Source: Lama glama (taxonomy: Eukaryota). Taken from it: a stretch of DNA of 64,000 nucleotides. A model generated the notes under the pieces. It ran no database searches. It was not told the origin of the DNA and saw only the letters and a list, made by a program, of their open reading frames with translations. Shown here piece after piece: positions 1 through 12,900 of the stretch (within the stretch, counting starts at the first letter, position 1; every line of letters starts with the position of its first letter). The stretch covers positions 35,900,001-35,964,000 of the forward strand of contig CM052816.1 in NCBI GenBank assembly GCA_028534125.1. Direction: 5' to 3'. Made by a program: the position numbers and the translations under genes.

Positions 1-2126
1 GGCTGTGCTCCACCATCCTCATTTGTATGAATTATGTTAGTGTCATCAGCGTGTGCTGCGTTGAGCAGCCTGAACCAGGCATAGCTGGGAAGGCAAATCA
101 ACCCATCCCCTCTGTATCATATTCTAAAGCAAAATATTCATCATTTTAGTCAATCTTTTGCCCTTTGAAATCATTCTAACCATTATGAGCATTGTTGACT
201 ATGAATTATATGCACTTTGATTAAAGATAAAGCACCACATATTATAACATCTTATAATTCACTTTAATTCTCCAAACTTTCTTAGTGAAACTAAATCCTT
301 TTGACTTGATCAAAGGTGCTACATGGAAAGATTTGATTGAACTTGGGATACTGGTTGCAATATAATGCTTATTAAATCCAAGCATAGCTTCTCTAATTAC
401 CTCTCTAAACCCTTACTTAAATAAAATACTAGATCCTGAAGTGACTTATAATTTGAAGAATAATTTAAAAGTGGATTTTCTTTTGTTTTGGATATTAACC
501 ATCTTTGGGCTTTAACCATGCATTCGCTCTCTCTTACTCTGTGTAGATAATATAAAGTGTGTCTAGTTTCTGACCTGTTCACTGTAAAACATGGCTTTCG
601 GCATAACTGGGGGAAAGAAAAGATGAAAGAAGACACCCCGCCTTGTGCTGATTATATCTCCAACTGACTGAGGTTTCTGATCATGGGATAGAAGAGTTAT
701 TAGTCAGATTTTAAGAGAAGCCAGCTTTTAGAGTACAGGAGAATTTTTTTTTTCGGTCTGCTCTCTAGAAACCAGAGAGGAAAGGACGCATAATGGGATG
801 CTGTACTTGTGCATTTTGGCAAAGATCTAATCTTTTTGAATTCATTGCTTGTGAGTTATTATTTCTAATCACACGCTTGATTGACTCCAGCTAAATGACT
901 GTCTGACTGCAAAGGCAGGGGTGTTAAATCCAAAACCATAAGTGCGCATTTTAGCTGAAAATGGGGATCATCACGGAATGCCTTCTCAATCAGTAGTGCC
1001 TGACACCCCCCTTCCACCCCGGATGTATTTTTAAATAGAAATCCTCTTGCATCCTCATGTAGGAACAGAGCATCACAGAGCGTGATTGAGCTCCAAGAGA
1101 GAAGATTGAAACCCTGGAGGGGATATCAAAATGATAAAAACTGAGGCTCCAATGGTGCCACAATGAGTGTAGTTAATATGCCACTTTAGTCTGACAAGCC
1201 AGTCAGGTGCTCCTTAAAACTTGAGATTACTGTGTCATTTTAAAGATTTTTTTTAAAGTGGAAGTAAGAGAGGTTAGCGGTAATATCTTTTAGAAACAGA
1301 ACTTGGCCATTTTTCTCAATGCTTTTTGTACGAAGATCTAGTAGATACCTGATTTCTTCTTTTTTGGGGTGGGGGACGGGTCGTTCACGTTGGTATTTTC
1401 CAACATCAAAACATCGTGCTCCTGAATAATTTGTTTTCATTCACAACAGAACGAGATAAAGGAAAATCCCATGTAGAAAAAGAAAACAGCAGTAATATCT
1501 GAGCTGTCTTTCCACAAAGGGCTTTTTTTGGTATCACTTATTTTAAAAAGTTAGAGTTGTTTGAACATTTAAATATACTGTTCATCATACTGTTATATAT
1601 GGTTTGTTGATTATATCACTATTCTTGCTTTAATATCCTACAAATATTCAACAATTGCTTCTGGATTTTTGAGAGAGAACAATCCCACAATTTGGAACCT
1701 AACAGATTAATGTGAATGTATCTGCCTGGCGTTCTGAAAGCTAAAATATAACCATAGGTCTTTACTGGAGAAAAGAGCCTTTTCTAGAGTCCACTGCATG
1801 TGCTCCAAGATCGTATGTGTGTTGCCTTCAAAATAAGGCAGAATTATAAATGGACACATGATGAATGGTCTGAACACCTTTCTGCTTGGGAGAACGCCAG
1901 TGAAAGCTGAGTGTTTTCATGTATGACTAGCTTGTTTTTTTTAACCAGTATATTTCAGTGGCAATTTAAAAATAATTGTAGCTTTTACATTAGATAATAA
2001 TTTATATAGGATTTAAGATTCTGATTTTATGAAACCGCCTGAAACTGAAACACCGTTAACACCAAGTTAATATGGTAAATCTTCTGTGTTTTATAGTTTA
2101 AAAATAAAATTTTCATTTTATCTCAG

Positions 2127-2251
2127 CATTGCAAAGCTTCCTTCTGGAACAGCCATCCGGTTCTATCTCATGCCGAGGGAGGAGATTGAAGTTGCTGTGA
2201 ACCAGTTCCAGCAAGAAGCATTATCTGTGTAATTAGCGCAGCAACTATACG
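2127..2251 (+). other. Candidate 125-nt spliced exon of the host gene (probably 5'UTR)
   Basis: Acceptor ttttcattttatctcAG ends at 2126 and donor ACG|GTGAGG starts at 2252. The interior is more GC/purine-rich than the AT-rich flanks. All three frames hit stops inside the exon, which argues against an internal coding exon. Confidence 0.6.
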
Positions 2252-3915
2252 GTGAGGGACGTGGATTATGTGTGTAAACTATACAGGGTGTGAGAGTTGG
2301 GTGTTAATCTTTTTATGAAGGTCATTGGATGGTGAGTAGGAACAGGTGCTAGGACGACTATGCATTCTCCAAGGATCAAAAGGTTAGATAAACTGCTTTT
2401 AGGATTTATGCAGGGTAGTGATTTTCATGTCAGTTTAATTACCCTTATGTTTTACAAGACTGTCAATCAAGATGCCTAGAAATCTTAAGGAGTTGGAGGC
2501 CCTGAAAATTTTTGAGGTCTTTTCTGATAGGGTTTATTTGATAATCATTCTTTTCATGGTGACCTTAGTGGAAATGAAGAGTCGTGAGAACTACAAGGCC
2601 CGCTTCAGTGTCAGAAGAAGATTTAATCAGGAGTCTATCATCCAGTGAGAAAAGTGCCTTTCATTCTCTTTTCATTTATTTGAAATTACTCAGTGATTCA
2701 GGAATCTCTTACTGGGGTCATTACTTTGCTTTTTAACTTAGCACTGTAACTCTTGAAATACTTTATGTAAATGATTTCCTTCAAGGTGCACTGTGTTTAA
2801 AAAGCTATCAATCAGTTGAAAATTGTTTTTAATTTATTTGACGGTAGAGGCACAGTCTGTCAGGAAGAAAGAGAGAGAGAACAGAAGTTCATGCAGCAAG
2901 GGTCATGCTGTGCCATCCAGTCACTGAGTTAGAATTTTCAGTGTTTTCTTCCTTTTTAGGAAACGTGAAGCATCTTGAAGATTACGTTTATTTTAATTTG
3001 GTGGTAGTAATTACACTGGTCACATTATAGTTAATAACTTGCATGTCATTTCTTCAACCCCAAAGGCATTGAAAGTAAAAGAAGCTTACGTGATATTAAA
3101 AAATACCCTCAGCAATTTTTCCAGGCCTGTTACTTTTATAAAACACTTGAGATTTTATTTTTATTAGAGTAAGAACTTAGAAACGAGAAACTAGCAAATA
3201 AACTTAGTGATATAATTCAAGTTTCTATTGCTTAGTTAATAAAATGAACAAGATCAGTCTTTCCTAAGGTTTACCTTCTTCTTTCTTTTTCTTTCTTTTT
3301 TTTAATTACAAAATAAAATGGTTAAAGTTATATAGTTTCCAGTCTTTTAGGGAATTATCTTTGGTTGTTTGTGTTAATTTATAACTGTTTCTAGATGATG
3401 AAGCAAATTTTCTGGCTTTTGCCAAAGTAATGAGTCTTTGAGAAATTTTATTTGGAAACAGTTTGTTTTATTCCCTGTTTTGCTACTGAGCATGTATGTC
3501 TAGAATGTTATTTCCTTTAACTGTTACTCATCTAAGAGGATTCTGGGATCTTATTGCAGATTTTACAGTCTGGTAAACACAAAATGTATTCTCATAGTGG
3601 CCCTCTTCTGTTCTCAGCAGTTCATTAAGGAGGCTTCCCCTGTGTTAATAAAGTGACTGACGGGACTATCACAACCGGGGCTTTTATGTTGGAGAGCTGC
3701 TCACAGCTTTGTTCCAGATCTTCACTGTGCACTGTAGTGAGTGCTTCTCATTGCATCTATGTCCTGATTAAACACACAGCACACGCTCCTTGATAACTTT
3801 TTAGTACTGATTCTGTATGGAACTCGACAGTTACCAGTTAGGTTTAGGGTCCAATCGAGGTAGATATTTTGGATGAGCATTTATTTAAAAAAATATATAT
3901 ATTGTTTCAACTTCT

Positions 3916-3971
3916 TTTTTTTTTTAATTGAGTTCTAGTCAGTTTACAATGTTGTGTCAATTTCTGGTGTA
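3916..3971 (-). mobile_element. Ultra-truncated young LINE-1 3' end
   Basis: Poly-T followed by AATTGAGTTCTAGTCAGTTTACAATGTTGTGTCAATTTCTGGTGTA, matching the terminus of the 52.3-kb L1. TSD-like tcaacttct (3907-3915) / tcagcttct (3972-3980). Confidence 0.8.
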
Positions 3972-6900
3972 TCAGCTTCTATTTTGAAAAGAGAATTTTC
4001 ACTTTCTGGGCCAGTTTTTTGCTCGCTTGGGCTATTGATAATGTTCTAAAACATACAAGCTTTCCTGGTTGTAAGAGTCCAGAATCCATAGTTTAGATGG
4101 CCTAATTAGACTTTCCTCAGTGATTCATGTATTTTCCTGATTCTGTACAATTTAACTAAGTCATTATAGTACAACTCATTATAAATGACATGGAAGTTAT
4201 AATTAATCAAGTTTCATGTTTATCAGTAAAATTTACTTTCTAAGAACCATCAGAAATAAATAAAAGAACTAGTTCTGGTCAAATAACCTGAAATAATTTT
4301 CATGTAGGTGTTTATATATAACATATACCATAGCGAAAAATAGCTCAAAGTTCTTTTCTGGGTGATGCTATTTAATAAATGTAAATTTTATGTTAAAATT
4401 CTTTGTTAACTTCTGAGAAGAATAGATACATCTGAAGGATATCTGTTAATTATCCCTTACTCCCCACTTCCTATCCTATGCTAATGTTAGGTTAGTATGT
4501 TGTCAAAATTGTTGCATCACTGGGTACAGAAGCAGTTACCCATTCAGTTTCTTTGAATGAAATCCAGCAGAGAAAATGACTTGAAATAAATACTCCTTGC
4601 ACCTTCATGCATTCCTTGGTTGCTACTGTGGTGCTTTTTGTTACTAATCAGGTCAAGGATGTAGGTTCAGGCTGCATTAGACTAGTTTAATTCCTTTCTA
4701 AGGCTAAAAATGCGTGTTCTGCTTCCTTACCAATGTTTATCTTTGGAACTAATGAAAGATCAGTGTGACTATAGCAGCACAAACCCATATCCTCCCTGGG
4801 GGAAAAAAAATTGTAAGCTCAAGCTCTGTGTCTATCATATTCACATATCTGCAATTAGGACCTAGAATTCTTAAAGGAAAAAAAAAACTAAAAAAAAGAA
4901 ATAATAACGTTCTGAACATATGTGCCTGCCAAGAAAATAGAATAAAGAAAACCTAATAAATTTATATACAAAATTTGAATGCTCATTAATGTAACCCCAG
5001 CCTCCTTTTTCTGCGCCATGGGTCAAGCTTAAGTCAAGAGCAAATCGTTTTATTCTGTCTTCTGTGGAATTTTTACCACCTTAGGTTTTTGTAGGCAATG
5101 CATGATGTTACATAGGAAATAAAGCATATGCTGACTCAGTATTTGGTTCACTGTGGGTTAAAACATCTACTAACATTTAATTTGTACTTCCTGATTGAAT
5201 ATAAGACTATTTTAAACATTGTCTTTTGTGATATGATTTTTGTAGCTTTTCCTTAAACTATGGCATTTCCAGCTCGGTTTTTATGTCGTTATTTTTGTCC
5301 GTGGACTCTGGCCTCGTATGTGTGGTGGAGTGATAAAGCTGTGTTGCTAGGCAGAGTTCTGCCAGGCAGTTCATGCTGGGCTTCATATCTGTCATTGCCC
5401 CACTTTCATGTTTCTATGAGGATGGAAATGAGTTGAGACAGAATATCATTGGGAATAGGCGCATAGTTAAGTGCCCAGGTCTCCTGATTCTCCATTGAGT
5501 CATCATGAGTGTCTCTGAACAGCACCAGTGGTATTCTTGGCACGCGAGGCTCAGCGGGAATAACACTGAAATAGCAAAGATCGAAACCTGCGTTGCTAGA
5601 ATATTCTCCGCTTGCTATCTGACCTTTTTGGTCTTCCCCCTTTGAATATGTGCCTATGCCTCGGTGCCGCTATGGAAAGATCAGGGCTGCCATCAAAAGT
5701 GCCAGGGAGAAGGCAGGAAAGATGTGAATAAAATGAGCAGTTGGTGACATGACTGTATTAATTTTTTTTCAATGTTCAAGGGATTTATATCAGAAACAGG
5801 GGACTTTGACACCGTATGTATTGAAAAAGAATTGAATGATAATTCTCATTTTTCAATAGCAAAACTTAAGAGAGGATTTAAAAAGAGAGGCTTCTTGTGA
5901 CGATTCAATGATAGCATGACAGTTCTGTAAATGTAGAGTTGGCCCTAAATAATTTGCCTTTATAAAGACAAAGTATCATGTTGCATCTTAGTAGTTGACA
6001 AAAATAACCGGTCATTTGCCTTTTCACATAAAGTGTTTGGCTGTATGTATCTGTAAGTGAGCATGATCTTGCAGTTGAAGGACTGTGTTTATTATTAGGC
6101 TTTTCAAAATGTCTGCCGGGCTTTGGAACCTCAGAAAGGGAGGCGGGTGCAGCGTGAGGTTGGTCTGCTCAGCATTTCTCTGTAAATGCTCCTCTCATGA
6201 TATGCCTGAAAACCTCCAATATTATAATAATGCTAATAAAAATGGAAAACTCTGAATTCTTTATAGATGCATAAAGAAGTGTAATTTCTCTGTGACCTGA
6301 ATAACTCTTCGAATCACTGCTCTGGCCTTTTGAAAGAAGGCAGCTCGACTATACTGCTTTGTGTTCCTTTGAATGTCTTGCTATCTGACTGTTTTAAGGA
6401 CCAAAATAATAGAAGTGAATTTAACTCAGGGTTATACTTTGAAGGACAAGTGGGGTTCCCCCCCCACCCGCCCTGCAATTTTTTCCCTTTTCCCAGTCTA
6501 TTGAACAGTGCTATCTAGCCTGGCTTCTTAAATGAGAGGTGATCTTGTTGATGAATAAAATTAAATGATAATACAAATTTTCACTTATTCAGACTCTCCA
6601 CCTTTTGGTTTTGTCCCTTTGAGAATCATAAATTGGATTTGTTATCGCGACCTTTCAAGAGGCACCGCTCAGTCATCCTGTTTTAATCGTTGGCCGGCAG
6701 GGACTGGGGTGGCTGGCAGAGTGCGGGGGCACAAGACTGAGCGCGGTACACTTGGAGGCCTGTGGCCTTGGGAAGCAGGTAAATTCTGGGAGAAATGATT
6801 CTAACAGTGACCGATTCTCTCAGGATGCTGTGGATGGAGCGGGGGACACAGGGCGAGGTGTGTGCGGCAACACAGCCTCTGAGTCCTAGTCGGACTGGGG

Positions 6901-9811
6901 CGATTTGGCTTCCCCGACACGGCTCAGTGTTCGAGGCACTTGCTGTGTTTTAAGCTCTCTTCTGCTTAGGAATTATTTTTCTTGTTTTGACGTGGATCTA
7001 CTACTCCTGCCACTAACGTTAATAACCAGGGGAGAAAGATCAAAGGAGGCCAAGCCCCGGGAAGACTGGAGGAGGGCAGCCTGGCCTGGGCTGGCATGGC
7101 AGACAGTTAGTTTTAATGACCACTTTTATAGGTAATTTTAGTAATGACAGATTTCAGTTTTTGCTTAAATGAATGGAAATTATTGACAGTAAATTTTCAT
7201 TGTTTTTGTTTCTTTGTGCGGTACTGAATGCCGGTGTAAAAACCGGTTGCAGTCATATGAACGGTACAACCAAGCACGTTTTATTAGAAATTTGGAGAGG
7301 ACACCCTTTTAATTACACTGTGTAATTTTAGTTGGTCTTCTTCCAATTTCCTTCTTACTTAATTTAACCTCCACTTGATTATTTGAGATTTCTTGCTTTT
7401 ATGATTATTATTAGCTGCATATAGATGTGTATAGAATATATAAAATCCACTTTTCGCAGGAAGGAATATTACATCCCTGGCTCACAGGGTGAAGAAACCC
7501 AGGAAGTTTTGTGGAGCACCTTTATTGAGCATATCGCAATTAGAAAGCACTGTTTAGAGTTAACTTAAAAAGCCTAACCTCTCCAAATTCACAGAGTGAA
7601 GTGTTCTGTTGGCTGGGTATGTGGACATTCACAGAGACTGAAGTCTTTGCTCAGCTTCTGGAATCAGCCGAGCCCGGGGTGGGCTGCCCATGACCATCAA
7701 GTGTGCTGTTGCGGACGGGAGGGAGGCTGTGGCCACATGGGGCTCTGCAGCCCTTTGTGGAGGGGAGCCCGCGTGAGTGTGGCCGTGTCTCGCCCAGCAG
7801 GGGGGTAATGCCCAGCCACAAGGGTGAAGTTGCCTTCCTTCCTCCTCCATTGCCGAGAGCTGGGTCAAGCCTGCTGCCGGCCGGGCTGGGCCTCGGAGCC
7901 TCCATCCCCTGCTCCAGGGAGCCCCTCTCTCGGTACCCTGGGGCCCTGGGACTGCTGCTCGTGGCCTCCTGGCACCGTGGCACAAAGGGGACAGAAAGAA
8001 CATTCTGCAGAGGGCATCTTCAGTTGAAATAATCAGGCAGAAAGACCTGCCTGCATGCTATATACATGAGTATGTCTGCATTAGGGAGGAGAGCCTAGGG
8101 TTTGAACGGTGTATCTCTATGGTGAATGAGGCTTAACATTTTAAATTGTGTATGAAGCTGTGGGCCACATCCTGGGATGCTGGCTTTGTTTTGTTGCAGC
8201 GATGGCTAGATCGAGTCTCCTAATACAGTTGCTTAAGAGGCGGTACAACGTGTATCACAGTATGGGTTAGAAGGTGCCGAGCCTTTTGGGGACTGAACTG
8301 AGAAACATGTATTCTGAGTGTCAGACAAGACACCTAGAGGCCGGCATCAGGCATTTAGTTTTTGAAGCCCTTACTTCAGTGCAAGTTAGACATTTCTCTA
8401 TTACAACTTGTGCTTCAGAATTAAGTGCAGCAGCAGTGATGTACACATTGCCAGCCCTCTTCAGGCAAGAACGAGGTCTGTGTTCCTTTTGGCTTTGCTG
8501 ATCACTGTTTTCCTCTTATGGTGCTGAATTTTAAACACTCAGAGAAATTTGTGAGCAGATGGATAGTAGATGGCTTGGATGTACAGGCTCTGACAGCTTA
8601 TCTGTATTTTAGTGTGAAGGTGGTGGATTTGGAGAGCGTGGAAGAGAAGGGTTGGGGAGACGGGGAAACGCTGAGGGATGTATAGGTTTGTTTGGCCCAG
8701 GGCTGTTCTTAGATGGGCCAAACACGATAAGCAAGGTGAGTACCTTTTTGACACTGAAGGTTTATTTATATTTCATTTTCTTCTTTCCTGTGTTTCCTAC
8801 CCTTACTCTTCTCCTCCCCTGCACAAACTTTGTTGAGAGGCCAAGAAGAGAAAAAGACAAACTTTTGGATTTTCAGCTGAAAAGATGCAAGATCAGCTAC
8901 CAAATATCATAGTCTTTGTAACTGAGTATTGATTTTAAATGTCACAACAGATCATGTTTTTATTGTTGGCGAGATAGGTTAGTAAAATCTTAAATCCATG
9001 GGGGGAAAATCATTAGTTTTAAAAGTTTGTATGTTAAAAGACTAGAAAGTAAAATAGATAGTATTGTCTTGAAACAGTTTTTTTAAGGTATTGATTGACT
9101 GGGCTCAAACTCCACTGCAAATGTTTGGAGACGAAGAAATGAGTGTGGTGGCATCCCCAGAAGAGTGCGGGCTAGCCACTTCGCTGTTCTGTTTCAGTGT
9201 GTGCGAATGTGTGTCCCTCCCAAGGGCTGGAGAGGCGCACCCCCTCGCCCCTCACCCATTTGTCATCCAAATGTGCTGATATCTGTTATTAGTCCTAGTA
9301 TCTGATTCAGAGTTGTTTTCATTGGAACTTGTGGACAATTTCTTTTAGGACGTAAACTTTATATTGGCTATCACTGTGTGGGTGAAATTTTTAACGTTTT
9401 AAACATAACTTTAGAACTCAAGGCTAATGACAGGATAACCGTATTTATAGTTTTGTTTCAAGTTGGTGTCTATTACTAATATAGTTACAGCACATTAGAT
9501 CTTGTTACTTTTATAAAATGTTAGAAAAACAAAAACATCAATCCACTGAAGATATGAGAATACAGATTTAAGAAAGAAGTTAGAAGTATTTAAATAAGAA
9601 ATTGGCACTGGAAAGAACAAAGTGGGGACTTTTCCCAGCATCAGCAAACCCCAAAAGAAACCCTTTCCTATTCATTGATCTGTAAAGTCTACATTTAAAG
9701 GCTATTAAAGTGCATTGTGCTTGGAGACAAGGAAAGAGGTGGAAACTAGTATTTATAAAGTTCCGAATCTTGTTGCGGGGTATTATTTGCTAGCCCTGTG
9801 AGCCAGGAGTA

Positions 9812-9888
9812 TCATCTTGATTTTATAGAAGAGGAAAACTAAAGATTCAAAGATGCTATGTAACTTGCCAAAGTCATACAGCCAGTAT
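9812..9888 (-). mobile_element. MIR SINE fragment
   Basis: ttttatagaagaggaaaactaaag...taacttgccaaagtcatacagccagta resembles the reverse-complement MIR core. Confidence 0.7.
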
Positions 9889-9927
9889 GCGGTTCATGTA
9901 AAAATTCTGCCACATTACATTACAAGC

Positions 9928-9950
9928 TGTGTGTGTGTGTGTGTGTGTGT
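9928..9950. repeat. (TG)11 microsatellite
   Basis: Perfect TG dinucleotide run seen directly. Confidence 0.95.
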
Positions 9951-12900
9951 ATGTTGTACTTGCATGTTGTGTCTGTGATCATGGTAGAATAGCAGGGGCT
10001 GAAGTATCAAAGCAATTAAAAACAAAACAGGAAGTTGGATAGATGGATGGATGGGAGGGACGGAGGAAGGAATAATAATTTCCCTTTATGAATCAAGGGG
10101 ATTCATTTACTCATTCACCCAGTGGGAAGAGAAAAGCTATTTTGAGAGTTAAGACCAATACTATTTTAGCCTGTTCTTTATTCTGCATTAAAGCATTAGA
10201 TGTGAGCAAGTCATAGAAGCCAGAGAAAGTCCATTTCAGTGGATGTTCATTATGGTACAAGTGATGATACCAGAGTCTGGGAAAGTAAAAGGATTTTTTT
10301 TCTTTTTAAAGTTAAGTTAAAATGTGACTTCATTACATTAAGTGGTTGCCACAGCTCTTTTTCTGAGCACGTGGAAGTGTTTGATTTGCTGTATTTGGGC
10401 AGCTGGAGCGCTGGGTAGAGGGCTTGCTTGTCGTGCTGCATTGATTGGGAGCATGTGGTCTGTGTTGTATACTCTTCACGAGTGTAGTCTCCTGCCCTTG
10501 TCTCTGTTTTTCATCACCTTCTCACCTTGAAGTGACCTGGGTGATATTATATAGGAAACAGGAGTTTTATTAAAATAGGAGTGATACTCCATCCCCTAGA
10601 AAACCATTTTATTCAGTGCCAAGAGAAATAAAAATACCTCCCTTCCCCCTGCTTCCTCTCACTTCCCCATATTGGCTTTACAAGGAAGAAAGAAAGCCCG
10701 TTATTGAGGACAATATTGAAGGGAAGAGAGGTCAGGGCAGGCAGAGGAAAGGGAGATTCTTGTAAGAACAATACATTCTCTGTGTTATTTTAAATAGTAT
10801 GTGACATTAATTTTCAGTTAGAGCTAGAAGTCAAAGCCTCTTGAAATATGTATGGATCAACAGAGCCACTTTTGCACCCAAGAAAGGAAAAAGGTGCTGG
10901 CAATGAGCCATATTGAGATCTTGGGTTGAGAGTCTGAAGGTGGAATTGGGGAAGGCTGGGGCAAAGGTCACCACAGCGACAGGATGTACCATTTGTGGAC
11001 TGGTGGGTCAGCCTTCAGTCTCCAGTTAGCTCAGGTTTGTTGTTTCTTTAAAGTTTCTCTTAGTTATCATGACTACTATCTGCCAGCAGTGCAATTTTCT
11101 GCTGTAATTGGATAGAAGAGGACTTTTAACAATTATCAAATAAAAGTTGACAGCAGTTTACGTCACTGTCGTGGCAGGTAACTTGTGCCTCTAACATGCT
11201 GAGTTATGGTCTCCAGCCCTGCGTACAGTTAGGAGAGCCTGTTCTCTCCGTTGGGTCATATGCATGCTTTCCTTCCTAATACCCATAAGAGGCTTTGGGG
11301 AGGGGGGAAGGAGAAGAATATAAACACAGAAACCACATCCTAACAGCTGCCTCGAGTTAGCTCTGTTTTCCCCCCAGCTTTAAATCTTACAGCGGCACCT
11401 AATTTGTCCCACATGGCTTTCCTCCCAGTGGAGGTGCTGTCCCTTCCCCTGCTGCACTATTGGAACAGAAGCAAGCAGTTATGAAGAATTAACTAGTTTT
11501 GCTAGTTTAGGTCACTGTCATTAGGTTGCTGGTCAGCAGATGCCCACAAATAGGAAGCAGATAACCATTTATAGATTGGGAGACACTTCCAGCAAAGTCG
11601 GAACCCATTTAGGGGCCGGCATGGACCTATCAGAATTACCTTCCGTTTAAAAACTCCCTGAAATTAGTTGACCAAATGAAGGAGACTGTGAACCAGTGAG
11701 TGGACAACTGTGATTTGAGTAGCTATGTGGTGCTGACCTCAGATGACCTATCACAATCATCTAGGGTGTTCACAAAATTCATATGCGTGCCCGGCTCCTC
11801 CCCGATGTTCCGCCTTGATTTTAACAAACCTGGGAGCGAGGGGTGTAGGCTTAAACAGATTTGTGTTCCAACATGTCTCCACGGGAAGTGGGTTGCAACT
11901 TGCACTAATTATATTCATTTTTTTTTTAAGTTCCAGATTATTTCTTTCTTGTGTGTTTTATTCATGTCTCTATTCCCTCTTCCAGGTTTTTTTTTTTTTT
12001 TTAATACAGTGAGGCTGAGGACGGATGCTTATAGGGCAGGAAGAATACTGAATGAAGTTATTTCCTTCACTGAAACCAGTGTTCTCTTTCTCCTTTCCAG
12101 CTCCTGTTTATTTCATATTGCTGCCGAGATAGTGAGACGTGAAATCCACACAGCTGATGTCTTTTTCTTGTGACTTCTAAAAAGTGAAATTGGTCCAGTT
12201 TAACACAAATCTTGATTTTTTTTTTAATGACAGGAAACAGCCGTTCTCTTATAGATATTTAGCCCTCCAGTACTGTCTTATTCAAGATTTATGGGTTATC
12301 TGAATTTTATTGCATGTATGCAGAATACTTGTTTGTGTCCTCTAAAATGTGAGAAATGTGTGTACTTCACCTTGAAAAAGAAGGACCTGAATTAGTCCTT
12401 ATAAAATCACCTTGTCCTGATGATTCTGCTAAAGAACTGATTGTCTTTTTGTGAAGTAAGGAATAAGCCTATCACGGGCTTGCTTTAAAAGGTCTCTTGC
12501 AAAGCGGATTAGCTCACCATGTTCTATGAGCAGGAACCATGCTGCAGCTCTGTAAAACTATACATACAAAGTAAATTTCTGCTCTCATTTTGATTTGCTC
12601 TTGTAAAAGAAATTTCATGCCTACCAGTTTCCACTTGCTGACATAAGTCACAACTCCTCACGGGTAGAGTGGGAGAACGATGAGGATGCTGTCTGTAGTG
12701 TGCGTCTGTTTTTAATGTTTCTCTGCTCTTAACAAATGCAGATTACCGAGTGTGGGAAACAGGTACAAAAAAACACCAGTGACAAATTTGGTGATTGAAT
12801 ATTTTTGATGTCGCTAGGGCCAGTCTTAGGAGGCGAGTCACAGCAGTCATTGAAATGACTAAACTTGCATTTCGTGAAAGTAACTGACTGAAATGGAACC

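Noticed and set aside
7112..7137. AG|GT recursive-splice-like junctions (ttttatag|gtaatt here; similar at about 21932, 29089 and 32024)
   Set aside because: Each has either a weak pyrimidine tract or a weak donor, and such motifs are frequent by chance in T-rich introns. Would need saw-tooth nascent RNA data.
7596..8032. Five overlapping ORFs of 67-124 aa in a GC-rich patch
   Set aside because: Stop-poor GC-rich sequence explains them. No recognisable domain or splice-consistent frame. CpG density appears too low for a true CpG island.
8613..8741. Consensus donor AAG|GTGAGT at 8736 with an upstream ttttag acceptor
   Set aside because: The acceptor pyrimidine tract is short and interrupted; insufficient to call an exon.
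11700..12173. 157-aa ORF with hydrophobic Phe-rich stretches resembling membrane helices
   Set aside because: Hydrophobicity comes from poly-T runs; GTG start; no family resemblance.
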